A stretch of 64,000 nt of DNA from Pseudomonas sp. (GTDB taxonomy: Bacteria > Pseudomonadota > Gammaproteobacteria > Pseudomonadales > Pseudomonadaceae), in contig JAYQUJ010000010.1 of NCBI GenBank assembly GCA_038147895.1, forward strand, positions 312-64,311. Direction: 5' to 3'. This document shows positions 19,119-28,097 of the stretch, piece by piece. The notes beneath the pieces were generated by a model that searched no databases, had not been told where the DNA came from, and saw only the letters and a list, made by a program, of their open reading frames with translations. The stretch's first letter is position 1; each line of letters opens with the position of its first letter. A program made the position numbers and the translations under genes.

Positions 19119-20228
19119 TCAGCTCTTGCCGGTTGTGCACTTGGCCTGAGCTTGCTCGGGCGTCAGGCTGCGCACCGAGGTGTAGAACAGCTCGCAGGTT
19201 TGCACCTTGTTGGTGACCTGCCATTTGCTGGTGCAGCTGTTCAGCGTCTGCTGCGGATCGGCTGCCGGGTTCTGACCCATGCCTGCCTGCCAGCAGGCGG
19301 CGCTGATGTCCTGGCCCATGACCTGTAAGCCGGCGGCATCGGCCTTCTGCTGGTCACCGCCGTAGTTCGCCGGATCGGCCGCGTACCAGATGTAGCTGGG
19401 GTGGTTGGCGCCGAGCACTGCCACGCTCTGTCCGGGTGCCGGGGTGATTTCGTCCAGCCCGAGCACACCGATGTTGGCGTTGTACTGCTGGTTGACCCAG
19501 TTCCGCACCGGGGCGCCGAAGGCGACCATGGGCAGCGGGGTGCCATTGCCGGCAGTGAGCTGGGCGACCATGCGGGTCTGGTAGTCGCTGAAATAGCCGT
19601 AGACCTCTTCCAGCGTGCTGCCGGCATTGGCGGGGGCGGCAATTGGCGCAATGTCGATGATGGTCTGGTAGGCCGGCGTCTGTTCGTTGGTGACGCCATT
19701 CTCGGTGAGTAGCGTGGCCCAGCGGTCGGTGGTCTTGGATTCCAGATAGTCCTGCGCCTGAGTCAGCGAATAGTCCGGTGGGAAGTGCAGTAGCTCGACG
19801 CTCTTGCGGTTTTCCAGGGCCATGCCCAGCGGCAGGAAGAAGTACCAGTTGTATTGCCACTTGCCATCGCTATTGAGCTTGCTGGCGCCATCGAAGGCCA
19901 GGTCGCCGGCGGCCAGCAGGTTGGTCAGGGGCTTGCCATAGGCATCCGGCACGCCGCTGAACTCGGCTGTCAGTCTGTCGCCGTCCCGATGAACCCTGAC
20001 CTTGGCACTGGCATAGCCGTCGCGCTCCAGGCTTTGCTCGAGATAGTGCTCGGCCGTCTGTTCCAGGCTCCAGTCGCGGTAGCAGATCACGCTGCAGTTA
20101 TTGGGGAAGGCGAACAGACGGGCCACGCGTTCGCTGTCGCCCAGGTCCACTCGCGCTCCGGTGGCCTGGCAGCCTGAGCTGAGTAGCAGTCCGGCCAGTA
20201 CGGCAACCACTCCATTTTGTTTGTGCAT
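19119..20228 (-). CDS. Uncharacterised Cys-rich lipoprotein, 369 aa
   Basis: Lipobox LLSSGCQ. Eight further Cys residues, clustered at the C-terminus. AAGGAG RBS. No domain recognised. Confidence 0.7.
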   Translation of the reverse strand: MHKQNGVVAVLAGLLLSSGCQATGARVDLGDSERVARLFAFPNNCSVICYRDWSLEQTAEHYLEQSLERDGYASAKVRVHRDGDRLTAEFSGVPDAYGKPLTNLLAAGDLAFDGASKLNSDGKWQYNWYFFLPLGMALENRKSVELLHFPPDYSLTQAQDYLESKTTDRWATLLTENGVTNEQTPAYQTIIDIAPIAAPANAGSTLEEVYGYFSDYQTRMVAQLTAGNGTPLPMVAFGAPVRNWVNQQYNANIGVLGLDEITPAPGQSVAVLGANHPSYIWYAADPANYGGDQQKADAAGLQVMGQDISAACWQAGMGQNPAADPQQTLNSCTSKWQVTNKVQTCELFYTSVRSLTPEQAQAKCTTGKS

Positions 20229-20269
20229 GGACTTCTCCTTGTTGTTTTTGGCTCAAGAGCGAGCCTCTT

Positions 20270-20740
20270 TTAGCTCATGTACACACTGCAGCACTTCTTG
20301 AATTTCTGCCCGCTGCCGCAAGGGCAGGGATCATTGCGGCCGGCTTTGAGGGGGACGGTCGGGTCGATGAAGTACCAGCGTCCATCGCGCTGGACAAAAG
20401 CCGAGCGTTCACGGTGGCTGTGCTCGCCGTTGCCATCGTGCCAACTGGCGGTAAAGGTGACGAAAGCATGTTCGGGGTGTGCGCCGATCACTTCGCTGCT
20501 TTCCACTTCCAGCCCAAGCCAGGTGCTGCCCAGGCTCCAGGCGCGAATGCCGGCGAGGTCAAGGCCGCTCTGTTGGGCGGGCAGGGTGGTGTCGCGCAGG
20601 TAGTCGATCAGGCCCAGCACATAGGCGCAGTAACGCGAGCGCATCAGTGCCTCTGCGCTGGGTGCGGGTGCGCCTTGGTGATATTTCCCGCAGCAGGTCT
20701 GCAGTAGGTCGCCGCTACCGCAGTGGCAAGTCTGGCTCAT
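20270..20740 (-). CDS. ychJ: YchJ family (UPF0225) protein with SEC-C motifs at both termini
   Basis: [10 protein letters not shown]...CCGKYH at the N-terminus and [18 protein letters not shown] at the C-terminus. The start was moved to ATG 20740, 4 nt after the upstream stop. Confidence 0.88.
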   Translation of the reverse strand: MSQTCHCGSGDLLQTCCGKYHQGAPAPSAEALMRSRYCAYVLGLIDYLRDTTLPAQQSGLDLAGIRAWSLGSTWLGLEVESSEVIGAHPEHAFVTFTASWHDGNGEHSHRERSAFVQRDGRWYFIDPTVPLKAGRNDPCPCGSGQKFKKCCSVYMS

Positions 20741-20744
20741 GGCA

Positions 20745-21242
20745 TCACCACCAGTACTTTCCGAAGTTTTCCGGGTTGGCCCAGAACTTGGCATTCAGCC
20801 AGTCCGGTACCTGCTTGTAGTCGCGCAGGTCGTAGGTGAACAGGCTCAATACCTGATCGCCTCGCTCGAAGCGCTCGCTGGCTTGCAGGGCCAGGGCGAA
20901 GAAGTCGGTATCCTGCCAGTCGCAGGCGCCCAGATCGACCAGTACAGCCAGTCTACTGGCGTTGAGGTTGCGAATTCCGCCCAGCAGCTCCAATGCGGTG
21001 CGTTTGGGAAGGTGCTCCAGGCAATCCACGATCAGCGCCAGGTCGTAGCGCTGGGCAGCCAGCTCAGTGGGCAGTGGGCCGGCATCGGCATGGGCCAATA
21101 AGGCCTCTGGGTGGGCCTGGTGAAATGCTTCCATTGCGGGAAGCTGGCTGGCACCTACCAGCAGCACACGCTCTGGCTTGTGATGGGCGAGCAGTGCGGC
21201 AATGGCTTGTTGAGGTGTGCGGGTGGATAGGTTCTGACTCAT
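20745..21242 (-). CDS. Conserved hypothetical protein, 165 aa (PA1040-like)
   Basis: The ORF is tightly coupled to ychJ and ends in ...[10 protein letters not shown]. No confident domain call. Confidence 0.65.
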   Translation of the reverse strand: MSQNLSTRTPQQAIAALLAHHKPERVLLVGASQLPAMEAFHQAHPEALLAHADAGPLPTELAAQRYDLALIVDCLEHLPKRTALELLGGIRNLNASRLAVLVDLGACDWQDTDFFALALQASERFERGDQVLSLFTYDLRDYKQVPDWLNAKFWANPENFGKYWW

Positions 21243-21406
21243 CGACGGGTTCCCGAAAGCGGATTACAAGCCTATCGCGTCGAGAAAATTTGGCCTAGTT
21301 GTTGGAAGTCGGCCCGGAAACTGCCTATAACTGGCGGATAGTAAGGAAGCAATCTTTACTTCTTTGCTGTCGGTTCCATGCCGATTTCCCTCAGGAGACC
21401 TAAGAA

Positions 21407-22027
21407 ATGAGTATCACAAGGAAAGCAGTACCTCTGATCCTGGCAAGCGGCCTGTTGACCGGTTGTGCCGGTATCCAGAAAACCGATTGGCCAACCTGTG
21501 CCGCCGTTGGCGGTGTAACAGGCGCAGCACTGGGCGCTATTGAAAGTTCCGAATGGGCGGGCGGTGGTGCCCTGTTGGGTGCTGGCCTGGCCGCAGCCTA
21601 TTGCTGGGTGCATGGCGCCGAGGAGCAGGTTGTTGTCGAGGAAGTCGTGGTCGAGGAAGTCGTTCCCGAGCCTGCTGAGCCTGTTCGTGTTGAGCTGGAC
21701 GTCAAGTTCGACTTCGACAAGGCCGTGGTTAAGGAAGAAAGCCAAGGCGACATCAAGTCCCTGGCAGACTTCATGAGCCAGTACCCGCAAACCACTACCG
21801 TGGTTGAAGGTCACACTGACTCCGTCGGTACCGATGCCTACAACCAGGGCCTGTCCGAGCGCCGTGCCAACGCCGTGCGTGACGTGCTGGTCGATCAGTA
21901 TGGCGTAGGTTCCGATCGCGTGAGCTCGGTGGGCTATGGCGAAAGCCGTCCGGTGGCTGATAACGCCACTGCCGAAGGCCGTGCCATCAACCGTCGTGTT
22001 GAAGCCGAAGTAGAAGCTCGCCCCTAA
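21407..22027 (+). CDS. OmpA-family lipoprotein with glycine-zipper N-terminal region
   Basis: Lipobox LLTGCAG. C-terminal OmpA domain: GHTDSVGTDAYNQGLSERRANAV...NRRVEA. Confidence 0.88.
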   Translation: MSITRKAVPLILASGLLTGCAGIQKTDWPTCAAVGGVTGAALGAIESSEWAGGGALLGAGLAAAYCWVHGAEEQVVVEEVVVEEVVPEPAEPVRVELDVKFDFDKAVVKEESQGDIKSLADFMSQYPQTTTVVEGHTDSVGTDAYNQGLSERRANAVRDVLVDQYGVGSDRVSSVGYGESRPVADNATAEGRAINRRVEAEVEARP

Positions 22028-22154
22028 GTAATCCAGGCCCGGCAAGGCGGCTGTTGATCTGTTCGCCCTCCGGGCATTGGCTTGTACACTTTGGGGGACG
22101 GGTCTTTACTCCTGTGTTACCGGTAATCAACCGGTGACACAGGAGATCCCCGCC

Positions 22155-22889
22155 ATGAGAACAAGACTCTCAAGGGCTGTAGTACCCCTTCTCTTGGTCA
22201 GCAGTGTTCTTTCTGGTTGTACCACGACTTCCAGTACGGGAGACGCGCCACTCAACCAAGGGAACTGGCCCATCTGCACCGTGCTGGGCGGCTTAGCCGG
22301 CGGCGGTCTTGGTGCAATCGAAAGTTCTACCTGGGCAGCTGGAGGTGCGGTGGCGGGAGCCATCATTGGCACTCTGGTTTGCTATGCCCAGGATGGTGAC
22401 GAGGATGGCGATGGCGTATTTGACCGTCGTGACCGTTGCCCCGGTACGCCCCCAAATACCGAAGTACGCCATAACGGCTGCCCGCTGCCGGTTTATCCGG
22501 ATACTGCGCCGCCCATGGAGCCGGTTGTCGAGGCAACCGATGCGGTACGTGTCGAGTTGGATGTCAAATTCGACTTCGACAAGTCTGTGGTCAAAGAAGG
22601 CAGCATGGCTGATATCCAGAGCCTGGCTGACTTCATGAAGCAGTATCCGCAGACCTCTACCGTGGTCGAAGGCCATACCGACTCCGTCGGCTCAGACGCT
22701 TACAATCAAGGGCTGTCCGAGCGTCGTGCCAATGCGGTGCGGGATGTGCTGGTCAACCAGTACGGCGTGGAGAGTGGCCGGGTGTCATCAGTGGGTTACG
22801 GTGAGTCGCGGCCAGTGGCCGACAATGAGACCGATGAAGGCCGAGCCATCAATCGCCGAGTGGAGGCGGCGGTCGAAGCGCAGCCATGA
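22155..22889 (+). CDS. OmpA-family lipoprotein, tandem paralog, with a thrombospondin-type-3-like Ca-binding repeat
   Basis: Lipobox VLSGCTT. DGDEDGDGVFDRRDRCPGTP motif. The OmpA domain is near-identical to the upstream paralog. AGGAG lies 9 nt upstream of ATG 22155. Confidence 0.88.
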   Translation: MRTRLSRAVVPLLLVSSVLSGCTTTSSTGDAPLNQGNWPICTVLGGLAGGGLGAIESSTWAAGGAVAGAIIGTLVCYAQDGDEDGDGVFDRRDRCPGTPPNTEVRHNGCPLPVYPDTAPPMEPVVEATDAVRVELDVKFDFDKSVVKEGSMADIQSLADFMKQYPQTSTVVEGHTDSVGSDAYNQGLSERRANAVRDVLVNQYGVESGRVSSVGYGESRPVADNETDEGRAINRRVEAAVEAQP

Positions 22890-22915
22890 GTCGCCGCGTC
22901 TTTTAGTGCAAACCA

Positions 22916-22948
22916 CTCCTGCGCTGCCGTTACGCGACAGCGCAGGAG
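22916..22948. terminator. Hairpin between convergent genes. Probable bidirectional terminator with weak U-tracts.
   Basis: CTCCTGCGCTG, an 11-nt loop, then CAGCGCAGGAG. Confidence 0.6.
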
Positions 22949-22955
22949 CTTGTCA

Positions 22956-23420
22956 TCAGAAGCCCGGACGGGCCGCCGCAATGGCGACCAGTGCGAGTCC
23001 TACCAGCAGGTTGCTACCTACCAGGCGGCGAATACGGCCAAGCGCTTCGCCACCCTGCGGCCATTGCTGAGCTTCAACCGCACGCTTCAATTGCGGGAAC
23101 TGCAGTAGCTGAATGCGCAGGAACAGGGCGAGCATCACCAGGTACAAGCCCATCATGATCTGCACGTAACGCGGTGCGCCCTCGAAGCCGGCGAAGCGCA
23201 GATGCAGCATGCCCATGCCGGAAACCGGCAGGGCCAGTACGGCGATCCATACCCAGAGAAAGAAGCGGCGGAACACTTCCAGCCACAGGCTCAAGCGTTC
23301 CGGTGCCTGCAATTTGGCCACGGCGGCCGGGCGCAGGATCATCCAGGCGAAGAACATGCCGCCGACCCAGATCAGGGCGGCCAGGGTGTGCAAGGCATAA
23401 AGGGCGGCAAAGACAGTCAT
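22956..23420 (-). CDS. CopD/HemJ-like 4-TM membrane protein (PA1044-like)
   Basis: 154 aa. N-terminal ALHTLAALIWVGGMFF motif. Confidence 0.7.
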   Translation of the reverse strand: MTVFAALYALHTLAALIWVGGMFFAWMILRPAAVAKLQAPERLSLWLEVFRRFFLWVWIAVLALPVSGMGMLHLRFAGFEGAPRYVQIMMGLYLVMLALFLRIQLLQFPQLKRAVEAQQWPQGGEALGRIRRLVGSNLLVGLALVAIAAARPGF

Positions 23421-23471
23421 CGGCAGGCTCCGGTTAACGATGGCGCGCGAGCATAACCTATCGGTAAACTA

Positions 23472-23487
23472 CTGAAAATTTATCCAG
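23472..23487. promoter_or_regulatory. Candidate LexA (SOS) box in the divergent promoter region of dinG and the CopD-like gene
   Basis: CTGAAAATTTATCCAG has the CTG-N10-CAG form with an AT-rich core. It lies 14 nt upstream of the dinG ATG. Confidence 0.5.
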
Positions 23488-23500
23488 CGTTCCCCGCCCG

Positions 23501-25648
23501 ATGCTCAGTTCCGAACTCAAGTCCCAGATCCAGGGCGCCTACAGCCGTTTTCTCGAAGCCAAGGGGCTCAAGGCCCGTTACGGCCAGCGCCTGATGATCG
23601 CCGAAGTGGCCAAGGTGCTCGGTGCGATCAAGGTCAACGAGGAAGGCCAGCGCGACGGCGAGCCAGCCGTGGTGGCGGTAGAGGCGGGCACCGGCACCGG
23701 CAAGACGGTGGCCTATAGCCTGGCGGCCATTCCTTCGGCCAAGGCCGCCGGCAAACGCCTGGTGATCGCCACCGCGACCGTGGCGCTGCAGGAGCAGATC
23801 GTGCACAAGGACCTGCCGGACCTGATGCGCAACGCCGGCCTGCAGTTCAGCTTCGCCCTGGCCAAGGGCCGTGGCCGCTACCTGTGCCTGTCCAAGCTGG
23901 ACCTGCTGCTGCAGGAGGGGCAGGCGCAGAGCGCCACCGCGCAGATGTTCGAGGAGGAAGGCTTCCGCATCGACGTCGACGAGCAGAGCCAGGAGCTCTA
24001 CACCAAGATGATCGAGAAGCTCGCCGGCAACCGCTGGGACGGCGACCGCGACAGCTGGCCGGAAGAATTGGAAGACCAGGTCTGGAGCACCCTGACCACC
24101 GATCACAGTCAGTGCACCAACCGCCACTGCCCGAACTTCCAGCAATGCGCCTTCTATAAAGCGCGTGAGGGCATGACCAAGGTCGACATCATCGTCACCA
24201 ACCACGACATGGTCCTAGCCGACCTGGCCCTGGGTGGCGGCGCCGTGCTGCCGGACCCGCGTGAGACCATCTATGTGTTCGACGAAGGCCACCACCTGCC
24301 GGACAAGGCCATCGGCCACTTCGCCCACTTCACCCGCCTGCGCAGCACCGCCGACTGGCTCGGTCAGGTGGAGAAGAACCTGACCAAGCTGCTGGCCCAG
24401 CACCCGCTGCCCGGCGATCTCGGCCGCCTGATCGAGCAGGTTCCGGAGCAGGCCAAGGAGCTCAGAACGCAGCAGCAATTCATGTTCAGCGCTTGTGAAC
24501 AGCTGGCCGACTTTCGTGCCGGCGAGGACATGGAAGGCCGCGAGCGCCCGCGTCATCGCTTCGAGGGCGGCCTGGTGCCGGAGCACCTGCGCGAGCTGGG
24601 CATCGAGTTGAAGAAGGGTTTCGCCAAGCTTACCGACGTGTTCACCCGCCTGACCGAGCTGCTCAAGCAGGCGATGGACGACGAAGGCACCAGCCTGGGC
24701 CTGGCCAGTCACCAGGCCGAAGAGTGGTACCCGCTGTTCGGCAGCCTGCTGGCACGCGCTCAGGGCAACTGGGAGCTGTGGACCGCCTTCACCGTCGAGG
24801 ACCCGGAAGACAGCCCGCCGATGGCGCGCTGGCTGACCTTGGCAGAAGCCGGCGCGGCCTTCGATATCGAGGTCAACGCCAGCCCGATCCTGGCCGCCGA
24901 AACTCTGCGCCGCAACCTGTGGAACGTCGCCTACGGCGCCCTGGTGACTTCGGCCACCCTGACCGCGCTGGGCACTTTCGATCGTTTCCGCATGCGCTCC
25001 GGCCTGCCCAAGGCGGCGGTCACCGCCGTGGTGCCGAGTCCCTTCCACCATGCCGATGCCGGCGTACTGCGGGTGCCGGACCTCAAGGCCGATCCGCGCG
25101 ACGCTGCCGCGCATACTGCCGCGATCATTCGCGATCTGCCGGAACTGGTGAAGGGCGCACGCGGCACCCTGGTGCTGTATTCCTCGCGCAAGCAGATGCA
25201 GGACGTGTTCGATGGCCTCGACCGCGACTGGCGAAAACGTGTGCTGATCCAGGGCAACCTGTCCAAGCAGGAGACCCTGAACAAGCACAAGGCGCGGGTC
25301 GACGATGGTGAAGAAAGCGTGCTGTTCGGTCTGGCCAGCTTCGCCGAGGGTGTCGATCTGCCAGGCGCCTACTGCGAGCATGTGGTGATCGCCAAGATTC
25401 CCTTCGCCGTGCCGGACGACCCGGTGGAAGCGGCGCTGGCCGAGTGGATCGAGGCGCGCGGCGGCAACCCGTTCATGGAGATCGCCGTACCCGATGCCTC
25501 GCTGCGCCTGATCCAGGCCTGCGGCCGTCTGCTACGCACCGAGGCCGACCGCGGCACTATCACCCTGCTGGATCGTCGTGTGGTGACTCAGCGTTATGGC
25601 AAGGCCATCCTCAACGCGCTGCCACCGTTCCGCCGCGAGATCGTCTGA
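23501..25648 (+). CDS. dinG: ATP-dependent DNA helicase DinG
   Basis: 715 aa. AGTGTGKT Walker A, DEGHH box, and an Fe-S Cys cluster (CLS..C..C..C). Confidence 0.92.
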   Translation: MLSSELKSQIQGAYSRFLEAKGLKARYGQRLMIAEVAKVLGAIKVNEEGQRDGEPAVVAVEAGTGTGKTVAYSLAAIPSAKAAGKRLVIATATVALQEQIVHKDLPDLMRNAGLQFSFALAKGRGRYLCLSKLDLLLQEGQAQSATAQMFEEEGFRIDVDEQSQELYTKMIEKLAGNRWDGDRDSWPEELEDQVWSTLTTDHSQCTNRHCPNFQQCAFYKAREGMTKVDIIVTNHDMVLADLALGGGAVLPDPRETIYVFDEGHHLPDKAIGHFAHFTRLRSTADWLGQVEKNLTKLLAQHPLPGDLGRLIEQVPEQAKELRTQQQFMFSACEQLADFRAGEDMEGRERPRHRFEGGLVPEHLRELGIELKKGFAKLTDVFTRLTELLKQAMDDEGTSLGLASHQAEEWYPLFGSLLARAQGNWELWTAFTVEDPEDSPPMARWLTLAEAGAAFDIEVNASPILAAETLRRNLWNVAYGALVTSATLTALGTFDRFRMRSGLPKAAVTAVVPSPFHHADAGVLRVPDLKADPRDAAAHTAAIIRDLPELVKGARGTLVLYSSRKQMQDVFDGLDRDWRKRVLIQGNLSKQETLNKHKARVDDGEESVLFGLASFAEGVDLPGAYCEHVVIAKIPFAVPDDPVEAALAEWIEARGGNPFMEIAVPDASLRLIQACGRLLRTEADRGTITLLDRRVVTQRYGKAILNALPPFRREIV

Positions 25649-25711
25649 GCCGGGGTGGCATCTATCGGCCCGGCTGTTGTCTACTTGGGCACCTTCCGGA
25701 GAGCACGTTCG

Positions 25712-27976
25712 ATGATTCGCCGTTCCCTGCCCCTGTTTTTCAGTCTCATGTGTGTCGCGCCAATGAGCGCGTTCGCCGCGAACCAGACCACGCTGCTCAG
25801 CTTCGTCAAACCCACTGATGTGGTGAAGGTCGGCAGCACGGCTGCCAGCTTTCCCGAGCTGACTGCCGAACCCACGCCCGAGGGCGAAGTGCTGCGCCGC
25901 TTCACCTTTACGGCGGCCAAGCAGCCGAGCCTGCGGCTGTCTCCACAGAAGGGGGATTGGGACTGGTCACAGCAGGGCGCCATGAGTTTGCGTCTGCAGA
26001 ATGCGATGGACTGGGCGTTGACCCTGCATGTGCGTATTGAAAGCCGTGATGGCAAGGTGCTCTACAGTCGCATTGCTCTGCCTGCCGGGCCGGCGCAGAC
26101 CTTGCTGGTGCCTTTGACTGCTACTTCCCCCCTGGCTCGCGGCATGCGCGCCGGCCCGCCCATGCCGGTCAGCCTGGACGGCAATCGTGTGTTGTTGGCC
26201 GAGTCCGTGAGTGGTGAGCTGACCCGCGACAAGGTCAGCGCCGTGACCCTGTCGCTGGATAATCCGGACTCGCCGCAAAGCATCCTCCTGGGTCGCTTTG
26301 GTGTCAGCACCGACGATCTGCAGGCGCAGGCCTATACCGGGCTGATCGATGTCTGGGGGCAGTACGCGCATGGTCAGTGGCCCGGCAAGATCGAGCAGGA
26401 TCAGCAACTGCGCGAGGCTGCTCAGGGCGAGCGCGAGCAACTGAAAACCTGGTTGGGCCAGCGCCCGCAGCAGGACCAGTTCGGTGGCTGGCAGGGGAGT
26501 GCGGCGAGCTTCGAGGCAGCGGGTTTTTTTCGCGTCGAAAAGCATGACGGGCGCTGGCTGCTGGTCAGTCCGGAGGGCAACCCGTTCTATTCGCTGGGCG
26601 TCAATGCGGTCAGCGCCTGGCAGAGTCAGACCTACGTAGAGGGCCGTGAGAGTCTGTTCGGCAGCCTGCCGAAGGATGGCGAGGCATTGGCGGCCTACTA
26701 CGGCACACGGGACAGCCGCAGCGCCAGCGGTGCCAACCGTGGCAGAGCCTTCGATAATGGACGCTGGTTCGATTTCTATCGTGCCAACCTGCAGCGCAGT
26801 TATGCCGAGCCTTGCGCTGTCGTGTCACCGCCTCTGGCCGCGACCCCGGCCCCGGCCGAGCCCACTCCCTGCCCGCCACCCGGCTTCGATGAGGGGCGTT
26901 GGGCGCAGCAGGCAATTGATCGTCTGCAGGCCTGGGGATTCAACAGTCTGGGCAACTGGAGCGACGACAGCCTGATTGCTGCCCGGCGCATGCCCTACAG
27001 CATCCCGCTGTCTATTTCCGGTGACTACGCGACCATCAGCACCGGCCACGACTGGTGGGGAGGCATGCCCGATCCCTTCGACCCACGCTTTGCCATGGCC
27101 GCCGAACGGGCCATCGCCATCGCCACCCGTGATCGCCGTGACGATCCCTGGCTGCTGGGCTATTTCGCCGACAATGAACTGGCCTGGGCGGCCCCCGGTG
27201 GCGAACCCCACGCGCGCTATGCCCTGGCCTACGGCACCCTGCGCCTGAGTACCGATGTGCCGGCAAAACGCGCGTTTCTCAAGCAGCTGCGCGACAAGTA
27301 TCGCAACGAAGCGGGGCTGTCGAAGGCCTGGGGTATTCAGCTCAAGGCCTGGGAGTTGATGGAGGATCCGGGATTCGAGGCGCCACTGCCGAACGCCAGT
27401 TATCCACAGATCGAGGCGGATCTGCAGGCGTTCCAGCAGCTGTTTGCCGAGACCTACTTCAAGACCATCGCCGACTCGCTGAAGTGGCATGACCCCAATC
27501 ATCTGCTGCTGGGTGGGCGCTTCGCCATTTCCACGCCGGAAGCCGTGACCGCCTGCGCCCAGTACTGCGATGTGCTCAGCTTCAATCTCTACACTGCCGA
27601 GCCGCAGCAGGGCTATGACTTCGCCGCCTTGCGGGCACTGGACAAGCCGCTGCTGGTCAGCGAGTTCCATTTCGGCTCGCGCGATCGTGGGCCGTTCTGG
27701 GGCGGTGTGAGCGAGGTGGCGCGTGAAGAGGAGCGAGGCCCGGCCTATACGCGGTTCCTCAAGCGTGCGCTGGAAGAGCCGGTGATCGTTGGTGTGCACT
27801 GGTTCCAGTATCTCGATCAGCCCGCCAGCGGTCGTCTGCTCGATGGCGAAAATGGTCACCTGGGGCTGGTTGCCATCACTGATCGCCCCTGGCAGGGCTT
27901 TGTCGAGGCCGTGCGGGCCGCCAACCTGGCGGTGCCCGAGAAGCTGCTGACCGCCCCCGCTGCTGCAAAACCGTGA
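25712..27976 (+). CDS. Secreted clan GH-A-like glycoside hydrolase, possibly GH50/agarase-like, with an N-terminal accessory domain
   Basis: Signal peptide MIRRSLPLFFSLMCVAPMSAFA. GYFADNELAW is a candidate NE acid/base motif and LLVSEFHFG a candidate nucleophile Glu. GGAGAG lies 8 nt upstream of ATG 25712. Confidence 0.65.
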   Translation: MIRRSLPLFFSLMCVAPMSAFAANQTTLLSFVKPTDVVKVGSTAASFPELTAEPTPEGEVLRRFTFTAAKQPSLRLSPQKGDWDWSQQGAMSLRLQNAMDWALTLHVRIESRDGKVLYSRIALPAGPAQTLLVPLTATSPLARGMRAGPPMPVSLDGNRVLLAESVSGELTRDKVSAVTLSLDNPDSPQSILLGRFGVSTDDLQAQAYTGLIDVWGQYAHGQWPGKIEQDQQLREAAQGEREQLKTWLGQRPQQDQFGGWQGSAASFEAAGFFRVEKHDGRWLLVSPEGNPFYSLGVNAVSAWQSQTYVEGRESLFGSLPKDGEALAAYYGTRDSRSASGANRGRAFDNGRWFDFYRANLQRSYAEPCAVVSPPLAATPAPAEPTPCPPPGFDEGRWAQQAIDRLQAWGFNSLGNWSDDSLIAARRMPYSIPLSISGDYATISTGHDWWGGMPDPFDPRFAMAAERAIAIATRDRRDDPWLLGYFADNELAWAAPGGEPHARYALAYGTLRLSTDVPAKRAFLKQLRDKYRNEAGLSKAWGIQLKAWELMEDPGFEAPLPNASYPQIEADLQAFQQLFAETYFKTIADSLKWHDPNHLLLGGRFAISTPEAVTACAQYCDVLSFNLYTAEPQQGYDFAALRALDKPLLVSEFHFGSRDRGPFWGGVSEVAREEERGPAYTRFLKRALEEPVIVGVHWFQYLDQPASGRLLDGENGHLGLVAITDRPWQGFVEAVRAANLAVPEKLLTAPAAAKP

Positions 27977-28097
27977 GCCGTGCCCAGTTTTTCAGACCAA
28001 CCCGCACCGTTGGTCTGAGGAACCTGTCTGGGCAGATGGCCAGGATTCCCATGGGCCGCCTGGGCTGGAACAATGCGCGGCAATCAGACCGAGGAGT

